From the IMG/VR virus record IMGVR_UViG_3300046010_013872, positions 1 through 26,716 of that record: 26,716 nucleotides of DNA; one strand, given 5' to 3'. Below are positions 24,201 to 26,716 of this stretch, piece by piece; position 1 is the stretch's first letter, and every line of letters starts with the position of its first letter. The translations under genes and the position numbers were made by a program. This DNA is from a virus (taxonomy: Duplodnaviria; Caudoviricetes). The notes under the pieces were generated by a model. It was not told where the DNA came from, did not search any database, and worked only from the letters and a program-made list of their open reading frames with translations.

Positions 24201-26716
24201 GTAGAACTCTGTGAATAATTTGTCTCAAAAGAAGTCTGGGTATAAGGATTAAATTCAAAAGTATCACTTGGATTATTATGTGGTCCTATTTTATGATTTG
24301 GAGTACATAGTCTAAATGCTACTTTTTTATCAACAAAAGTTGGATCGGAAATTACCCTTTCCCCAACAGAAAAACTTCCAGATACCATTTCTACTTCAAG
24401 TAGTTTAGGGATAACGTAGTCATTTGTTTTAACGCCCTGGAAAAACGAATAGAATCTGGTTCTTGGTTTTAGACCAATAGCATCAAATTCAATATTCCGG
24501 CTTCTTAGGTATCTTACCGGTTCAGTGTAATTTGATAAGGAAGAGGAATTGCTAACAGTTTCAACAATTGTTTCGGGCGTTATTGTGGTTACAGTATTTG
24601 TTGTTGTTTGAGTACTTGTTGTGGAGGTCGCGTTATTTGGAGTAAATTCTAAGAACCCAGCCTGACCAGTTGTGGCCGTGGCCCGCATTCTGGTTAAAAA
24701 TTGCTGGGCAACATCGGTCGGCACGTATTGACTTAGGAGAGAAAGATCCCCAGTTGTCCAGATTATACCATCAATTCTAATTGTATTGCCATTAACAATT
24801 TCTAGGGTTCTTCTATTTCCTCGGCTACTTCTGCCTATAACAAGAGCCCTACGGCTCTGGGTAGATTGTCCGCCAAGACTTATTTCCCCGCCAGCCGCGA
24901 TTCTTCTTCTTGCATTTTCTAGCCAATCAAATGGTTGAATACCACTTTGAGCATTAGGTGGATCTCTAAATACGGCCTGATTTTCTGCTACGGTATTGTC
25001 AATTAGGATATTGACATCGGGAAGGGAATCCTCGGTTGTTCTAACTTCATTGAAACTATTTGTTGTTATGGCCCTTTCATCAACCCAGGTATCCAGTGGT
25101 GGATTTAAATTAAGAAGTCCAGACCAATACCTAACAAGGAATGCAGTAACACTTTCTGTTTTGGTTGCTAGTAATTGTTGATCATAAACAACCTCATTAT
25201 AATTAAGTGTTACTAGATCACCAGTCTTTTTGACGCCATTTGAACCAAGATCGGTTACAAAACTCTGGTCCGCATTAGGTGAAAAGCTACCAGTAAAGTT
25301 TGCAATGGCCTCGGATCCAAGTTGAAGATCAACCGAAGTCGTATAATGAAGAGGCCTTAGAATCTTTTTCTGTTTATCAATAGATGCCTTGAAGTTGAAA
25401 TTTTGTAGATCATGATATGCATGGCTCTTAAAGTCATCAACAAAGAAACCAGATTTAAATCTATTCAGACCAGTTTCGGCGTCTGTTATATTAAAGTTTT
25501 CAGTCTTACTTTCTAGGCTTGATAGAACTGTAAATTCTTCGACTCGGTTAACTCTATCTTCTAATAAAGAAATATCTTCCATTCGATATCTCTTATGTTG
25601 AGACATATTAACTACAATGTTTTTTACATCATAAACATAAGGTGGAATATTTACAACGGCGATATCAAAAGAGTTGGATTTAAATTCTGGAAGTTGTGGG
25701 ACATCATCTGGAGTTCCCTGAACCACCTCAAATTTACCATCTTGATCTAGGAATACTACGTCAGTTCTAGGCACATAATAAGAATAGGTTAATAAAAGAT
25801 TTTCATCGGGGACCATAACGTAATTTGAATATTGACCATCACCAGAGAAGTTCCTTGAATTAAATTCAAACGGAGACCTAGTTGTTAATGTATAAGGAGC
25901 AACTCTTGGTCTTAGATCAATATAATCAGAAAGTCTTTCTTTATCGAAATAAGGAATATTGTGCTTATAATCTTCGGATCTATAGCTATTTACCGATACA
26001 AATTCTCCATCATCGTTTGAATTTATAACATAATTTTGGAATACAACAGTTAGTTTTCTGGTTGGTTCCGAAACATTTTTCTTGCGGATAATCCTAGAAT
26101 AATCTAGAATGGAATCTCTTTGACCATCATCAAAAATAAAGTTTTGGGTCACATTGGCATCACCAAATGTTACACCAATAATATTGGCCTCTATATTGGA
26201 TTCTTTTGATTTAATGACCTCATTTTCAGAGAAAGTTGAGGTATTAAGGTAAACATATTCAACCTTGTCGGAATCAATTCTATTAACAATTAGGCCAACT
26301 GCTCCAGAAGTTTTACCAACAATTTGTTCTCCAACAAAAAGATCCTGATTACTATTAGTCGGGCCGCTGAAAGATGAGAACTGGATTACAGGAAGACTTG
26401 GATCGGAAGTTGACGATGATTCGTAAACCGCAATGACCCTTAAAACATCTGGTACGTTTAGACTGATTTCTTCGTCTTGTACTCTGGTGCCATAAACATT
26501 ACTAAAGGTCAGTCCATCATTTAGGGTGGTTGTCCCAACACCAGATGCGGTAAATTTTGAATTTACAATGGTAAGTTTGGTTGCCTTATTTAAGATTTTA
26601 GTCTTAGAATTTGGTCTTATATTTTTTACTGTTGTTATAACAGTCGCAGTTGTTCCATCTGGCTGAGAGAGTCCATTAAATTTTATCTGTTTACCAGTGC
26701 TACCGACAAACTGCCT
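21206..26716 (-). CDS. Giant virion structural protein (VrlC/DUF4815-like, baseplate/fibre-associated), 5'-truncated by the window
   Basis: The frame of the 1648-aa ORF stays open for 188 more codons to the window edge (...YGTRVQDEEISLNVPDV...), so the listed GTG start is internal. Motifs KRYRMEDI..LEDRV, RFKSGFFVDDF, DPLAQSF, GSMFKSQNGSVWTPSQLEDLK, PLIRELRAIA. Confidence 0.8.
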   Translation of the reverse strand, partial: RQFVGSTGKQIKFNGLSQPDGTTATVITTVKNIRPNSKTKILNKATKLTIVNSKFTASGVGTTTLNDGLTFSNVYGTRVQDEEISLNVPDVLRVIAVYESSSTSDPSLPVIQFSSFSGPTNSNQDLFVGEQIVGKTSGAVGLIVNRIDSDKVEYVYLNTSTFSENEVIKSKESNIEANIIGVTFGDANVTQNFIFDDGQRDSILDYSRIIRKKNVSEPTRKLTVVFQNYVINSNDDGEFVSVNSYRSEDYKHNIPYFDKERLSDYIDLRPRVAPYTLTTRSPFEFNSRNFSGDGQYSNYVMVPDENLLLTYSYYVPRTDVVFLDQDGKFEVVQGTPDDVPQLPEFKSNSFDIAVVNIPPYVYDVKNIVVNMSQHKRYRMEDISLLEDRVNRVEEFTVLSSLESKTENFNITDAETGLNRFKSGFFVDDFKSHAYHDLQNFNFKASIDKQKKILRPLHYTTSVDLQLGSEAIANFTGSFSPNADQSFVTDLGSNGVKKTGDLVTLNYNEVVYDQQLLATKTESVTAFLVRYWSGLLNLNPPLDTWVDERAITTNSFNEVRTTEDSLPDVNILIDNTVAENQAVFRDPPNAQSGIQPFDWLENARRRIAAGGEISLGGQSTQSRRALVIGRSSRGNRRTLEIVNGNTIRIDGIIWTTGDLSLLSQYVPTDVAQQFLTRMRATATTGQAGFLEFTPNNATSTTSTQTTTNTVTTITPETIVETVSNSSSLSNYTEPVRYLRSRNIEFDAIGLKPRTRFYSFFQGVKTNDYVIPKLLEVEMVSGSFSVGERVISDPTFVDKKVAFRLCTPNHKIGPHNNPSDTFEFNPYTQTSFETNYSQSSTVLNVDTRSLELQTETDFYGQVSPNMRLIGTSSGAVARVTRINLLSDNSGRLIGSLYIPDPNVIGNPKWINGENTFTLIDTSDLDQLKLVEFSPDSRINESSAETEFTSSGITNITENNILTTRNIRIIPPRNINTTTINNVTTNTSSSSQQISPGVVNIQQPYDPLAQSFYVFEDTGVFLTSVEVFFETKDSNNLPVTLQIRPLLAGVPSNVVVPFSEVTLTPDKVNLSVDGSVSTKFIFSSPVFLQGPKQQTVRQSPIASITQAEYAIVLLSNSPNYRVFITQLGQNDIATGVKVSSQPTLGSMFKSQNGSVWTPSQLEDLKYKINRADFVNEGIVRLFNPKLDIGNKKVSVTGPNQFEFLSKKIIVGLGSTGYSPNVTPGVTIRQGSASAVLTGIAGSVAGAGVTISNVGFGYTNGTFTGVNLETETGFGIGAIATIVVSNNLINSVSITNGGSGYLVGDSLVVPPIGQGVGFGGKLTVTNIGSLNSFVLDEVQGTFSVGITTVNFVNSSGVSTTVGSGVTISSITEDQYYDGLHMKVYQQNHCMHSSENYVTISKFRPGNNDLNTRLSSAVSSTQTTPISVVSTSGFNTFEGLTVSGSNPGYLIIGEEIVSYTGISGNTFTGITRGIDGTLPILYQNNTRVYKYEFNGISLRRINKTHNFAEVDPTNTGRFPIDLNNYFIKIDTSDTDFLNNVIGTNRENNLYFRKHFQGGISGTIVSNNIQYESISLDVANLIPAKTNISTKIRTFTGTSVGGNEKSFVDRGFENITLDTQTYFNEPKLICSRVNEERFMTSSPGNKSLTFEMLMTTTDSRVSPVIDTVNAAVTLYSNLINNPNGIGEDSDYSLDSNVRSLNNDNHNLVYLSKPVRLKIPANAIKVILSASRNDLNDIRVLYQIFRDDESNTEPSFNLFPGYSNYRVDGSGIKRVIDPSKNNGSADSFVQETSDRAFKDYEYSIDDLPDFSAFAIKIVGASSNQATPPLIRELRAIATVKPRI

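Noticed and set aside
26150-26152. GTG start assigned to the 1648-aa ORF
   Set aside because: The frame has no stop up to the window edge, so the real start lies outside the window.
1-26716. Alternative genetic code or stop-codon readthrough
   Set aside because: All core genes translate full-length with the standard bacterial code and gene packing is tight.

Overview
Virion-morphogenesis region of a T4-like myovirus, most resembling cyanophages. Nearly all genes are on the minus strand. From right to left they are: a giant virion/baseplate-associated protein (open to the window edge), a small coiled-coil ORF, gp13, gp14, gp15, gp16, a 526-aa multi-module basic protein, gp17 terminase, an opposite-strand GIY-YIG/Seg-like homing endonuclease, gp18, gp19, gp20, a gp67-position mini-ORF, and a run of fibre/appendage-like genes. 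Highlights: (1) gp17 carries three inteins. Two are class-3-type inteins separated by only 3 host residues inside Walker A, and the third ends in Gln. (2) A compact twin-promoter/antisense/terminator RNA cassette lies directly upstream of gp17. (3) The 526-aa ORF looks like a polyprotein punctuated by prohead-protease-type (L/I)-x-E sites. (4) There is an abrupt in-frame switch from AT-rich to GC-rich DNA inside a fibre gene near position 1270. All calls come from motif reading and gene order; no database searches were run.
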